Notes: a model not told the origin generated them from the letters alone. Numbered from the stretch's first letter, positions 11,666-22,200 are shown. The stretch: 27,115 nt of DNA from Octopus sinensis (GCF_006345805.1 NW_021827558.1:1-27115), one strand, 5' to 3'. Numbers and translations are program-made.

Positions 11666-11995
11666 CTATGAAAAATAATCAGTTATTTTGAATCCAGTAT
11701 TATATTTATTTCTTAGAATCTTCGACATTTTTATCTTGAATTCATAGTATTCTTTGAGTCCTTCAGGGCAAGTGTTGAATAAGGAAGTTTCAAGATCATT
11801 GATTATTCTCATTGAATCTTTTAAGTCGGACCCTTCAATTTCATCATTTCCATTATACAAAGTATCATTATCCTCAATTCCGTTTATTCAAGATCCATTA
11901 AAGCTAAAACATGCTTATCAATTAATTCAGATTCTTTTTTTGAATTAGTTTCAGGAAAACATGTTCTCTGTTCGTTTATTTTCATCCACAATTGA
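11666..11995 (-). mobile_element. pogo/Tigger transposase C-terminal fragment
   Basis: IVNC(W) motif, acidic stretch and terminal KITDYFS*, paralleling KITDYIYRN* of the neighbouring Tigger. Confidence 0.5.
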
Positions 11996-12124
11996 CAATT
12001 GTGTTGTTGTTACTCGACTTCATGCTTCTCCCCACATATGCGATTATTTTGTCACATGGGCCCGCGATACTATGGGCAGTTAATTCATTTTATTAATGAA
12101 ACCACAAAGAGTAAAATTTTGGTA

Positions 12125-14037
12125 CAGTAAAACCTCTCGAATCCGCCAAATTTGGGACCTGGGAAATTACGGCGGATTCGAGAGACAAATTTGAATATTT
12201 TTATAGACTAATTAAAAAATGAAGACATTAATTTCTGTAAATATAGTCAGTTATTTTAGTTTTAATATTTATTTTGATGTTTCTACTAACATCATCAAGG
12301 TGATTGAAGACATTTAAATTAGTTTCATCCTTTTGTTTGAAGTACTTCCTCAATGTATGGAGAGCATTCAAAGCATCGTGGTCTAAAACGACTTGTCCAT
12401 TCTTTTTTTCTCCACAATCAATGTCCTCATCATCATTTTCATCCAAATTGTCCAGGATCTCTTCATTCTCTTAGAATTTTGTAAATAGTCACGTGTTACC
12501 AATGTTCTCCCTGGTATTTGAATGTACGTACAAACGGAATATTTATGGGCAAATTTGTCACCGACTGTCGACTAATTGGGAGGACTATACATGTTCCGTT
12601 GATAAGGGGCAGTACTCGGGGGAATACTCGTATATCAAAAAACTTTTTTCGCATTTGAGGGCAAAACTTTCTTGGACTATTAAGTGGCCATTCAAGCCTA
12701 TTCATGCACCACTAAAACCCAAAAAAATTGTTTTTTGAAGAAATTAATTAATATATTATTAATATCTTTTTTGCTTTTCAATTTGATAAATCGTCGTAAC
12801 TAAATCTGTCTTTCCTACAGATTGGCATCTTAAAAGAAATTTATAATTTTTTATTAAAATTTTTTTTTACATATATTTTTTTTAAAAACGAAATTATCAT
12901 ATTTGAATCTGTATTTAGTATTTAATTAGCAGCAGAGGATAAGATGGAATGGCAATTCCCACGCAAGATGGCTATTGATATGCGTTGAAAAAGCCATGTC
13001 CGTTCCCGATGATCATTTCTTCTTCTGCTTGCCAAATCCCCCAGTTTATAATAAGAAAAACTTAGAATCCATCCATGCTTTTTTTGAATTATGATAGGTC
13101 ACAAAACTTCGATAGCTAAAATTTTTAAAGCATCTAGGATTTTTGAATTTTCCAATTATGAATGGTGTTAGTTTATCGGTACCAGTCATATTTGAACAGA
13201 ACATTATCGATATTCGATCCTTCAATAATTTATGCCCATATCTCTTGATCTTGCAAATGCTTTTACATGGAAGAACTTTATAAAATAATCCTGTCTCATC
13301 TGCATAATAGACATTTTCGCGACCATATAATTTTATTTTTGCTCTTATATTAATGAGAAAATCATTAACTTCAGAATTTGAGAAATTCTCTGTAGAAGAT
13401 TCTCCATAAAGTTTCTTCAATTTTAACCCATGTCTTCTTTCAAATTTTTTAAGCCATCCACGACTGGCTTTAAACTCAGTTATTTGACGTTTCTTCGCAA
13501 AGTCTTCAGCCTTTGTAAGAATAATCGAATCATTAAGAATTGCTCCTCTGGTTTCCATCATTTGAATCCAGACATATTATCTTCATCAATTTAATTGAAC
13601 TTTAAATATGGATTCCGAGATAATTCTGAAAAAAGCAAGGCAGATACATTCCTTCTGCTCCTAAGGTCGTTTAAGGATCGTCTTGGAATAACGCGTCTGA
13701 ATCTTTCGGAAAAGATAGCGGACACGCTTGTAAGCGAAATCCCTGGATTTTGATCGATAAATTTAATAATTTGTTCATCTTCGGAATTTTTCAATCTGGT
13801 ACAATTACGTTTCATTACAATTAACAGGACCAACCACACAATAAGATGATAATGTCTCGTGTAAAAGTGTTTTTGAATTTAAAAAAATAATAATTAAGAA
13901 AATAACAAATATATATTTCTAAAAATGCGGCGGATTCGAGAAATTGGCGGATTCGGGAATTTCTCATAGGAAATTTCGTATTCTTGTAAAAAATTCGGCG
14001 GATTCGAGAGGTGGCGGATTCGAGAGGTTTTACACTG
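12125..14037 (-). mobile_element. Tigger/pogo transposon with both TIRs; catalytic core interrupted and partly lost
   Basis: TA|CAGTAAAACCTCTCGAATCCGCC and GGCGGATTCGAGAGGTTTTAC(AC)TG. GGCGGATTCG motif at 12171, 13929, 13946, 13997 and 14013. CENP-B-type HTH (FKASRGWLKKFERRH), YADETGLFY, KDRISIMFCSN, KKAWM. C-terminus at 12228-12490. Confidence 0.9.
12911..13047 (-). mobile_element. 5'-truncated CRE-like 3' end at the break point of the Tigger ORF
   Basis: KLGDLASRRRNDHRERTWLFQRISIAILRGNCHSILSSAAN* begins where the Tigger frame stops (13046). Confidence 0.8.
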
Positions 14038-14206
14038 ACGAAATCAATTTTGCATCTAAGGATGTGGAAATTCCGGCATTTTTCCTATGGCTCAACGAAC
14101 TTGTTTTTTGAAGACAAAATCGTCTTTTTAGTGGCAGGTTTACAGAAAAGGATCCTTGTAGAACAATTTCTTTTTGCCCTTACAATTGACGAGGTGAAAT
14201 AATACA

Positions 14207-14564
14207 GATTGATTACATTAAATGTTATTTATTTTATTTTTTAAATGTTTTTAATTTATCGAATTAACTACAATAAATTATTACGCACGTTATATTATTT
14301 TCTTTGTTGTGCATGTATGCAGTTAATTCTTATTTTATTTTTTCGTGCTTTTATGTTTTAATTTTATAATTTTTTGTTTTTTTATTTGTTTGACTATTAA
14401 TTAAATTGATTACTGGTAAAATATCTTGCATAAAGTATATTTTGCAAGTGAATGTGTATTCATTTTATCAATTAATTAATATGCAAATTCGATACTATTG
14501 GTTTAAAAAAAATTAATATGCATTCATACAGACTTGTTTAAATTTATTTCTTTCTAGTATTTTA
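14207..14564. repeat. RepA copy 2 (subtype A1), right end truncated; carries a 25-nt insert with a 12-bp duplication
   Basis: Aligns with copy 1, sharing GATTGAT start, TCGAATT, GTGCATGT and GATTACTGG. Confidence 0.9.
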
Positions 14565-14740
14565 TGTCACCGGCTCATTAATGGACCCGGCATATTAATG
14601 GACCGCATCAAAATGTCATTAATATCAATTACGTCCATATGAAAAGTATCTTACTTTTTTCTAAGTCCAATTTTAAACCTATTTTTGATGGTTTTAATGA
14701 CTTCTGGAAAACTAAGATCGACAACATAACAAACCTAACC

Positions 14741-15420
14741 TCATTTTTGAAAATTATTGATTAATGAAGAGAGAAGGATGTCATTTATTAGAGAGGCCAA
14801 AGATTCGGATGCCAGCGGCCGGGCAACCTTAGGGATTTTTCCGAGCACAAAGCGGCTGCGGCGGAGCGAGGAAATTGCGAGGAGGAGGACATCTTCTTCG
14901 GAAAATTCGTCCAGGCAAATAGCGTCCGCGGGGGTTTCCGAGAGGAGATTTTTGGATTTCTGCGAGGCTGAGGTAGGCAAGAGGGACATAGCCAGCATTT
15001 TAGTGCCATAGCCTCGCGTTTACGGATATTTAGGCAATACAGGTGGAAATACTCATCGCAAGAGGAGCAGCGAAGTGCGTTCTTTCTGGGGGCTGAAGAC
15101 AGGCAATGCCTGCAAAGTGTAGGTTCACGAAGGAAACAACTGGGTGGTTGTGAAGCTTTGGGTGTCATGGATATAAGAAAAAAAACAGAATGAGTGAAAT
15201 GAAATGAAAAAAGAGTAAGAGAGGATAGGAAAGATAGAAATGGGGCTAAGAGTGAAAGTAAGAGGTAATAAAGAGATGGAAAGATGAGAAAAAGTGAACA
15301 AAGATACAAAGGATGAATACAATAGAAAAAAAGGACTACAGAATTACAATGAAAAAGACACCACCACAACGATGAGTATGAGTACAAAATTCCCCACTGT
15401 TTAATATCCTCAGAAGGCAT
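14741..15420 (-). mobile_element. 5' part of a CRE-like retrotransposon: pyrimidine-rich leader, PHD finger (14977-15114) and N-terminal helical region
   Basis: CRHC-x11-CSSC-x4-HLYC-x15-CPSC with a WLC motif. Then SSLRRSRFVLGKIPKVARPLASESLASLIND, homologous to the N-terminus of the RT-bearing copy at 17043. Confidence 0.75.
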
Positions 15421-16330
15421 TGATTAATTATTATATTGTTTATTATATTTAGAGGGTCTCCATTTTAAAATAATCAATTTTTCATTTTAAAATAGTAATA
15501 GTAAACTTTTAAAATTTGAGATATGAATATTCTAACGTAAAAAGTCAATTTCGAAAGACAATCTTACTCAAACCCTAATTGTTGCAAGTCAATTTGATAC
15601 TGTTCCCTATGCGGCCTGCGGCCGCAGTGTATTTGACTCGGATTTTATGATTAATACGATCTTTAATACTTTCTGATTACACTTTCTAGTGTTACGCGAA
15701 CTCTAAATAACAGTTTTATTAAAACTTAATTAAAAAACCCCGTATACGACACAATGCAAAACATTAAAAGTTTCAACTATTTATTTTAAAATTTTAGAAA
15801 GTCTCGAGATATTAACATTTTTGATTACATTTTTTTCCATATCTTCTAGATCATAATTATGAAATTCTTGATTAATCACTGTATACATATTTGTTTGTAG
15901 TTCATCATACAAAGGATACTTTCTGTTTGAAACATTTCCATCATAATCATGTCTAATAATCACTTTATCTCCCACGTTTATATTTTCCTCATCATATCGC
16001 CATTTTCTTTTTTTCTTCATTTTCTCGCCTGCTTTTTGAAGATTTTCCAGAATCTTCATATTCTGCTGGTCATCTTCCGAGCATTCATTTTTTTCGTAAT
16101 TTATTTCTTCTTCTGGATCAGTTCCATCGAATGCCATTAATGCATTTATTTCATTTTCGTCTGGTCTTTTTTTAATTCCCATAAAACTTCGAAAAGGAAT
16201 ATTCTTGGTCGTGTCATGTTTTGTTCGATTGTAATCATATACGATCCTCTTTATAATGTTGAAGTAAACTCCAAAACTTCCAGCTGAAGCACTTGTTGAG
16301 GATATCCACCGTTTAATTGATTGGTTGAAC

Positions 16331-16356
16331 CTTTTTATTATAGCTTTAAAATAAAC
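16331..16356 (-). other. Candidate 26-nt intron (GTTTATTTTAAAGCTATAATAAAAAG), phase 2
   Basis: Removal converts VERFILKL* into VE-R|FNQSIKRWISST, colinear with VERLNQTLKFMISST in Ginger-a, and opens the frame through to the stop at 15781. Confidence 0.8.
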
Positions 16357-16761
16357 CTTTCAACTTGTCCTTGTACCCAAGGTGCTCTAGGTCTTCCACA
16401 GATATGCTTTATTTTAAAAAATTCACACAGCTTATCCATTTCAGAATTGCGAAACTCCCTTCCGTTATCAGTTTGGAGAATGACGGGTTCTCCAATAACG
16501 TAAAAAATATTCTCAAGTAGAGATGAAATTTCCAATGCACTTTTATTCTTTGCTAATTTTACAACAGCATACTTAGTAAACGAATCAATGACCACTAGTA
16601 AACGAACCTTCATATAAATAATTATTTAAGTTTCCCCACGAGTTTGATCGATTTATTTCTAAATATCTTCTGAGATCTATAAGATCTGCGATATAACGGT
16701 CTCTAGGACCTCTGGCAATGATTGGAGTGATAGGTGGCTTGGTTGCCATCAATTTTTTGGA

Positions 16762-16787
16762 CTAGCTAATAAATAAATAGCCAATAC
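16762..16787 (-). other. Candidate 26-nt intron (GTATTGGCTATTTATTTATTAGCTAG), phase 0
   Basis: Removal gives CVYCQ|SKKLMATKPPITP, with the same spacing as CPQCLARRLMNIRPSITP in Ginger-a. Confidence 0.8.
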
Positions 16788-16907
16788 TTGACAGTAAACA
16801 CATTTGTCTAAAACAAAGCGGATATCTTCTCTCATTATGTTATAGAAAGTATTCCTCCACATACTACTAAGTCTATCTCGGCCAAAATGGTTTTTATTAT
16901 GCTCAGA

Positions 16908-16930
16908 CTTCAATAAAGCAGATAAACTAC
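16908..16930 (-). other. Candidate 23-nt intron (GTAGTTTATCTGCTTTATTGAAG), phase 0
   Basis: Removal gives KIIE|SEHNKNH, matching FIENVHLKNGH of Ginger-a. Without splicing, the upstream frame has stops. Confidence 0.72.
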
Positions 16931-16969
16931 CTCAATTATCTTTAATTTCAGTTCCTTATCTTTATGCCT

Positions 16970-18337
16970 CCTCCCGAACTGCACCCCACTCCCTGGTTCC
17001 CCTGAACCCTCTAAACAGACAACTAGTGCTAGTGCTCATCAATTGGTTGTCAACTCATTCCTCATCAAACTGTCCAGCTTCCGAAGTTCTTTGAAAATCA
17101 CCCTTCGCATTCTAAAGTCAGCAAGGATACAAGTTTCCAAATGTCTTATTTCCTTTATAAACGATACGCTCGCGTCCAACAGTTGGGAGGCATGGTCTTG
17201 TCTAATCTGTTTTGCCCCACTGGCGCTCGGAAACTTCATCCGCACTGGGAAAAATCCACCTTCTCTAGCAGAATTGATTAAAGAGAACAACAACAGAATT
17301 TTTTCGCACTCAATAACAACTTTGCCCGATGTTGATCGCAAGCAATCCCCAAATAAGAAAAAGAAAACCCCACAGTGCCTTGAGGACACACTGAATGATC
17401 TTGTTCGTGCCAAACGAGCCGAGGGTGACGTCCGGGCTGCCATATGCACAGTCTCAAACGACGGCACAGTGTTAAAACCAACTCCTGAGATCCAAACACC
17501 CGAATCCTCTTCCTGATCTGCGGCCTCTGTGTCTTGCACGCTCAACCCATCAAAAGATGAAATCAAGTTCTCAATTCAATCTTTTGGCAAATGTACTTGC
17601 GGCGGACTTGATGGCCTCCGCCCGGGCCACATCAGTGACCTCACCTCTCCCTCAATTGGCGAGGCAGGCAACTCTCTGATATCCGCTATAGCCGCCTTAG
17701 TCGGTAAGATACTAAACGGGGATATCCCCTACTATGCGAGGAACATTCTCCTCTCAGCACATCTACTTGCATTCCAGAAGAAGGATGGCGGAATCCGTCC
17801 CATAACAGTCAGAAATTACTTCCGCCGCCTGATTGCTAAATTGGCCTCGAGGATCGTATGTCCCCGCTTAAGTACCAAATTTGCTCATCTTTGGTAACGA
17901 AATCGTCCACTTCCAGACAGGAGTTCAGCAGGGAGACCCGCTTGGGCCCCTCCTCTTTGAACTTGCAATCGATGATGCAGTGCACTCTGTTGAATCTCCG
18001 TTCAATCTATGGTACTTGGATGATGCCTCGGTTTGTGGATCTATCGAGGATATATTCAACGATCTTCCACATCTAATCCCTACCATCAAACACCTTGGGC
18101 TTGAAGTAAATGAAGAAAAATGTGAGCTCATGAATGGTAACTACCCGCTGGCAAATTTTCTCGACTCAAAAAAGCCCACAACCGATCTCATCTCAGGCAA
18201 TCAGACTATCAGCATGTCAGAGGCTGCATTCCTTGACTGCCCTCTAAGCCCATCTGGCCTAAGGGTCCATCTGGCCAAGAAGGACATGGAAGTCTGTAAT
18301 CTCACAAGCAGACTCTTGGAGCTAGACTCGCACATTG
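16970..18337 (+). mobile_element. CRE-like retrotransposon N-terminal + RT fragment with an internal deletion
   Basis: RAKRAEGDVRAA, GGLDGLRPGHI, KKDGGIRPITV..YFRRL, GVQQGDPLGPLLF, WYLDD, GLEVNEEKCEL. Stop at 17516 and a deletion at ~17880. Confidence 0.88.
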
Positions 18338-18829
18338 ATGTGACCCCAAAGGGGAGATCCTGAAAGGTTTTATTTATCACAGCGAAAATAATCTGAATGA
18401 ATTCTTTGGTAATAAAATTATTTAAAATTGGCCAAACACTGGAAAGTATTTAACCAATAAAAATACGGGGAAATATTTATGTATTGTTTTGCTCGAATGA
18501 CATTTTCAAGAAAAATGTAATAAGGACTGTCTTGTGGAGGACTCTTTTTATTATCCGATAGCTATAGTAAATTGTATTCTTGCTCTGCGATTATCTATTG
18601 GTAATCATTTTATTCTTAAATAAGGAAACCGAGTTTGAAGTATCCTGCGCTAATTGGTTGAGCTCATTTTGGGCATGTTTTGAGACGGTTCCTAAACCCA
18701 CTTATCTTAGGTACTGCATTAATTCTGCTTCTTTGGATTTTGTGAAAGAAGACAAATAATTACATTTCTGTCTAATTAGTTTTCTAACATTAAAAAATTG
18801 ATTTCTTTTTATAAAATGAATCTCGAATT

Positions 18830-19175
18830 ACTCATTCAAAAAAAAGAAATTTGTGATTTACTCAAAGACCGAAGGCCGATTACTTGCATCCAAATCTGAT
18901 TTAGACTTAAATCTGAAGGAATCGTCCTGGTGGTTATCGCGTGGTAACAACTCTCTAAAGTCGGAGGGAATTCTATGTATGATTTAGGACCTTAACTTAT
19001 TTTTTGATAGCAAGAGTATTAGTTCCAACCATTGCAACGCCGCCAAAAAGGCTGTGGATCATCTTGCTATAAAATGTGCTAGAATGTTGAACATCAATTA
19101 TCTGTGTCGTCATAATGAGGTGGTAAGGTGAATTCACTTGCAAATCTATCCATAATATGGGATCAAACAGTCTAG
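18830..19175 (+). mobile_element. R4/NeSL-like RLE retrotransposon fragment (post-RT region + zinc knuckle), decayed
   Basis: ESSWWLSRGNN..SEGILCMI*D.N...NHC...VDHLAIKC..ML..NYLCRHNEVVR*IHL...YGIK. Confidence 0.75.
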
Positions 19176-19189
19176 ATCAGGGGTAAATT

Positions 19190-19335
19190 AGAGTCTAAAC
19201 GATCTTTCGAGGTAATTCTCATTTCGATTAAATCAATTTTTTTTCCTATTGTCATTAACGAAAATATCAGGTTTATTGAATTGAACTTTCGTTTCAGTCA
19301 TAATTGACGTGTCAAATCTCATTTCGTGTAAAAAG
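19190..19335 (-). mobile_element. R4/NeSL-like RLE endonuclease fragment, opposite orientation to 18830-19175
   Basis: EMRFDTSIMTETKVQFNKPDIFVND, then IDLIEMRITSKDRL (PD...D-x-E catalytic motif). Close nucleotide match to ~23076-23128. Confidence 0.75.
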
Positions 19336-19550
19336 GTAGATTTTACTTCTTCCTTTTCTATACAAAAAAATCTGAGTAAGCAATTGTTTTTTTGAATAAA
19401 TTCCTTTCCGTCAGAGAATTCAAAATTTTTTGTGTTAATTTTCAATCTGTTTTTCACTTTTTCAATCATTTCATTAAGATCCCTAAACTCTTTGATTTTT
19501 TAAATTTTTTGAAGATTTGCTTTTGAAAGTACAACGAAACCCATTTTTAT

Positions 19551-20530
19551 ATTATTATTTAACCCCTGGAACACAGAAAAGAGGAATAGTAATTGTCTAA
19601 TTAAGTGATCCCGGTGTCAGTGCGTCTCCTTTTATCTTTTCCTTATCTCGAATTCTTAATCAATGTCCAAAGGGTAAGGTTTTTTTTCATTTTCTAACAC
19701 AATTCTTATAGGCAAGATACTCCTCTTCAAGGGGACCTCCGGTAGATCTTTCCATTGTTAAGAAGATGTGCTGTCATAAATAACGTCCCACATGATTGTT
19801 TGGGCAATGGATGGGGCAGCTAGAGTTATATCAGGTGACGTTCGGGAGTCACCATTTCTGGAAGTTCTTGTATGTTTGTTCCGGTCGTTCAGAATTAACA
19901 AGTTGTCAATCTGTCCAATATTATAGATCCTCTTTGGTCCAATCGTTGGTTTTTATACCATAGGAGGCTTTTTGCATTCAAATCCCCGCAAATTAATATT
20001 TTTTTCAATTTTGTAAAATCTTCAAGTTTAGGACGATATCCTCTATAACATGAAGACGCAGGAGGTATATATATCGTCATCCGGAAGGATCTTAAACTTA
20101 TTTTCACTGTGATTTGTTCTAAGGATCATCCATGTCCATAATGGCCGATATCTTGTTTGATAGGTCCATAACATTAATCTGATTGCGGATAAAGATTAGG
20201 AGGCCTCTACCTTTTCCAAGTTTTCGGTCTTTACGGAATATCCAGGGAAAGTTGGGGTTAAATCTTTCTGTGTAAGTTTTGACTCCTGAATTAAAGCAAT
20301 ATCCACTGAGTTGGACTGAAGAAATCGTCTAAGTCTCATAATCTTTGTTCGAATTCAATTGAGTTGACTTGGACATTAATCAAAGCTGTTTCTGAAATTG
20401 GTTTGACAACGCCAGAGATAAGTAGAAATGCACGACACCATCCACGTCTCCATGAAGAAGGGATAGGGAGTTTGCGGCTCTTTTTCACATTTATTGTGGA
20501 ATGCCACCACGTCGTAGGTGAGGCACGCCA
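19551..20530 (-). mobile_element. APE-type LINE remnant: AP-endonuclease domain, internal deletion, TAA-type tail
   Basis: IRTKIMRLRRFLQSNSVDIALIQESKL, RKDRKLGKGRGLLIFIR, YIPP, ICGDLNA, ILND...TSPDITL across frameshifts. 3' end GGGGTTAAATAATAAT. Confidence 0.8.
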
Positions 20531-20554
20531 CATATCTTATAGTGTTCTGAATTT

Positions 20555-20993
20555 ACGTTCCGATCAGAATTAAAACAGAATTTGACATTAAATGTTATTT
20601 ATTTTATTTTTAAATGTTTTTAATTTATGAATTAACTACGATAAATTATTACGCACGTTATATTATTTTCTTTTGTTGTGCGTGTATGCAGTTAATTCTT
20701 ATTTTATTTTTTCGTGCTTTTATGTTTTAATTTTATAATTTTTTGTTTTTTTATTTGTTTGACTATTAATTAAATTGATTGCTGGTAAAATATCTTGCAT
20801 AAAGTATATTTTGCAAGTGAATTTGTATTCATTTTATCAATTAATTAATATGCATTTATACAGACTTTTTTAAATTTATTTCTTTCTAACATTTTATTGT
20901 TTATTCTGATTTTTTTATAATATTCTGATCTTTTCTACTATTCTGATTTTTTCTAATATTTTGATCTTCTATTATTTTTAATTAATTAAACTT
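20555..20993. repeat. RepA copy 3 (subtype A2)
   Basis: Near-identical to 23263-23702 from ACGTTCCGATCAG to TAATTAATTAAACTT. Confidence 0.92.
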
Positions 20994-21158
20994 CTCCTGG
21001 GAGAGAGGTATTTGTCGACAGGCTCTTTTATTCAGTTCATGATGATCAGTGCAAGCACTTTTCGAAGAGAGTGCCCGTTTGTCGTATCTAAAATAAAAAA
21101 ATACATTTATTCTTGCGTGTCTGATGATCGACTGGATAGAATTGAGAAACTGTTTTCC

Positions 21159-21389
21159 CTAAGACAGGGGTGCGATTTCACGTAAATTTGGATAATCTGT
21201 CGCTGATTTCCATACATTCAACAAATCTTCGCTTTCATTAAATTTATTTATCAAAATTAAATCATTTTTTAATTTCAATAATTCAACTTGAAATTTCAAT
21301 GGCGCATTCTCAATCGAAACAGTATGTGGTGCTGCAGTTAATTGAAGTTTGAGTTCAATTTTTTTTAAATTCGTTAAATCGCTCTTCAA
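21159..21389 (-). mobile_element. hAT (Buster/Spin-like) transposase C-terminal fragment
   Basis: PLKFQVELLKLKND..L..KF....VWKSATDYPNLREIA matches the QxELxxL...W...YPxL pattern. Confidence 0.6.
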
Positions 21390-21429
21390 ATTGTTTCAAA
21401 ATATAATCGAATATAGTATTAAATGTATT

Positions 21430-21750
21430 TGGTGTAAGATCGTCATAATTACAGCGGGAAGCAAGGAAATGGGCCTGTATCCCCCGGGGACATCATGAGG
21501 CATTCTGGGTTTTCCGATAAGGATTACCTCAGCCACTTTCCATATAGAGGGGATCGTCCCAAGTCGCAAGCTCCCGCTAAACAGGACCTGTAAGGCGGTG
21601 ATCAACAACGGAGGGGCCTTCTTAAAAATAGCCATAGGGATCCGGTCCAGACTCGCCGCAGTGTTTTTATTTTGGGAGATCGCTGCCAGAATCTCCGCTT
21701 CGGAAATATCGCCTGCATCGTTCCTTCATATGCCCAGCTGGCAGCGCTTG
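21430..21750 (-). mobile_element. APE-type LINE RT N-terminal fragment
   Basis: ISEAEILAAISQNKNTAASLDRIP...GTIPSIWKVAEVILIGKP..YRPISLL. Confidence 0.8.
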
Positions 21751-21779
21751 TCCCACGACAATATCTGCTGGACAGTATC

Positions 21780-22200
21780 AAAGGACGATGTCTCCGCGAA
21801 CTGGCTTCCGTCAGTTCCAAAGCGTAGACGGGAAAGAGGAATAGTTTTGCCCACGAAAGGGCGTCGGAGTGTTTTTTCGTGGCATTTCCAATCAAGGTGG
21901 CAAGACTCTCTGCAGCAAGTAACCTGACTTCCTTTGGAATCCTGACGGGGATGTACCTGTACCGTCGCAAAGCGGACAGATATCGCAGAAAATCCTCTGC
22001 ATCAGAGACGGGAAGGGCAAAGGGAGGTGGACACCATCCAGGAACTACGCACGAAGGGCAATTCCACGTCTGGAGGGCAGATGCCTGCTTCCCCTTGAGA
22101 CCAATACAAGAGAGATGGAAAAAATTCTCACAGGTCGAGCAATTAATTCCACGTTTTCCTCTTCGATTTCTTGCAAGAAAGGCATGTGGGATTATCTACT
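21780..22200 (-). mobile_element. Second PHD-finger CRE-like 5' fragment (PHD 22049-22184; not in ORF track)
   Basis: CLSC...(1-nt shift)...INCSTCENFFHLSCIGL...TWNCPSC, in frame with FLRYLSALRRYRYIPVRIPKEVRLLAAESLATLI. Confidence 0.78.

Larger units (their letters stand above)
15781..16966 (-). pseudogene. Ginger-b integrase-like transposase, 5'-truncated; nearly continuous ORF once mini-introns are removed
   Basis: Spliced translation: HKDKELKLKIIE|SEHNKNHFGRD...KCVYCQ|SKKLMATKPPITPIIARGPRDRYIADLIDL...VIDSF...LQTDNGREF...GRPRAPWVQGQVER|FNQSIKRWISST...YNRTKHDTT...INVGDKVIIRH...*. One unresolved junction at ~16608-16640. Confidence 0.85.

Noticed and set aside
12496-12705. MNRLEWPLNSP as a Tc1 fragment
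   Set aside because: Similarity to WPxxSPDLNPIE stops after about 10 residues.
5715-13595. Stop-codon reassignment (TAA/TAG read as Gln) suggested by in-frame stops
   Set aside because: The stops fall where Trp, Gly or Glu are expected and co-occur with frameshifts, and TAA/TAG also end ORFs at natural C-termini. Ordinary decay explains them.
15125-15420. Hydrophobic N-terminal half of ORF 14788..15420 as a membrane protein
   Set aside because: It is translation of a T/C-rich leader (Phe/Leu/Ser bias). Only the PHD part has real motifs.
15601-15627. GC-rich palindrome TGCGGCCTGCGGCCGCA as a regulatory site or TIR
   Set aside because: Single occurrence with no partner in the window.
16608-16635. 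28-nt GG..AG segment as a confirmed fourth Ginger-b intron
   Set aside because: Non-canonical donor, two extra residues relative to paralogs, absent in Ginger-c, and a nearby duplicated TTCGTTTACTA blurs the junction. Mentioned only as a weak candidate.
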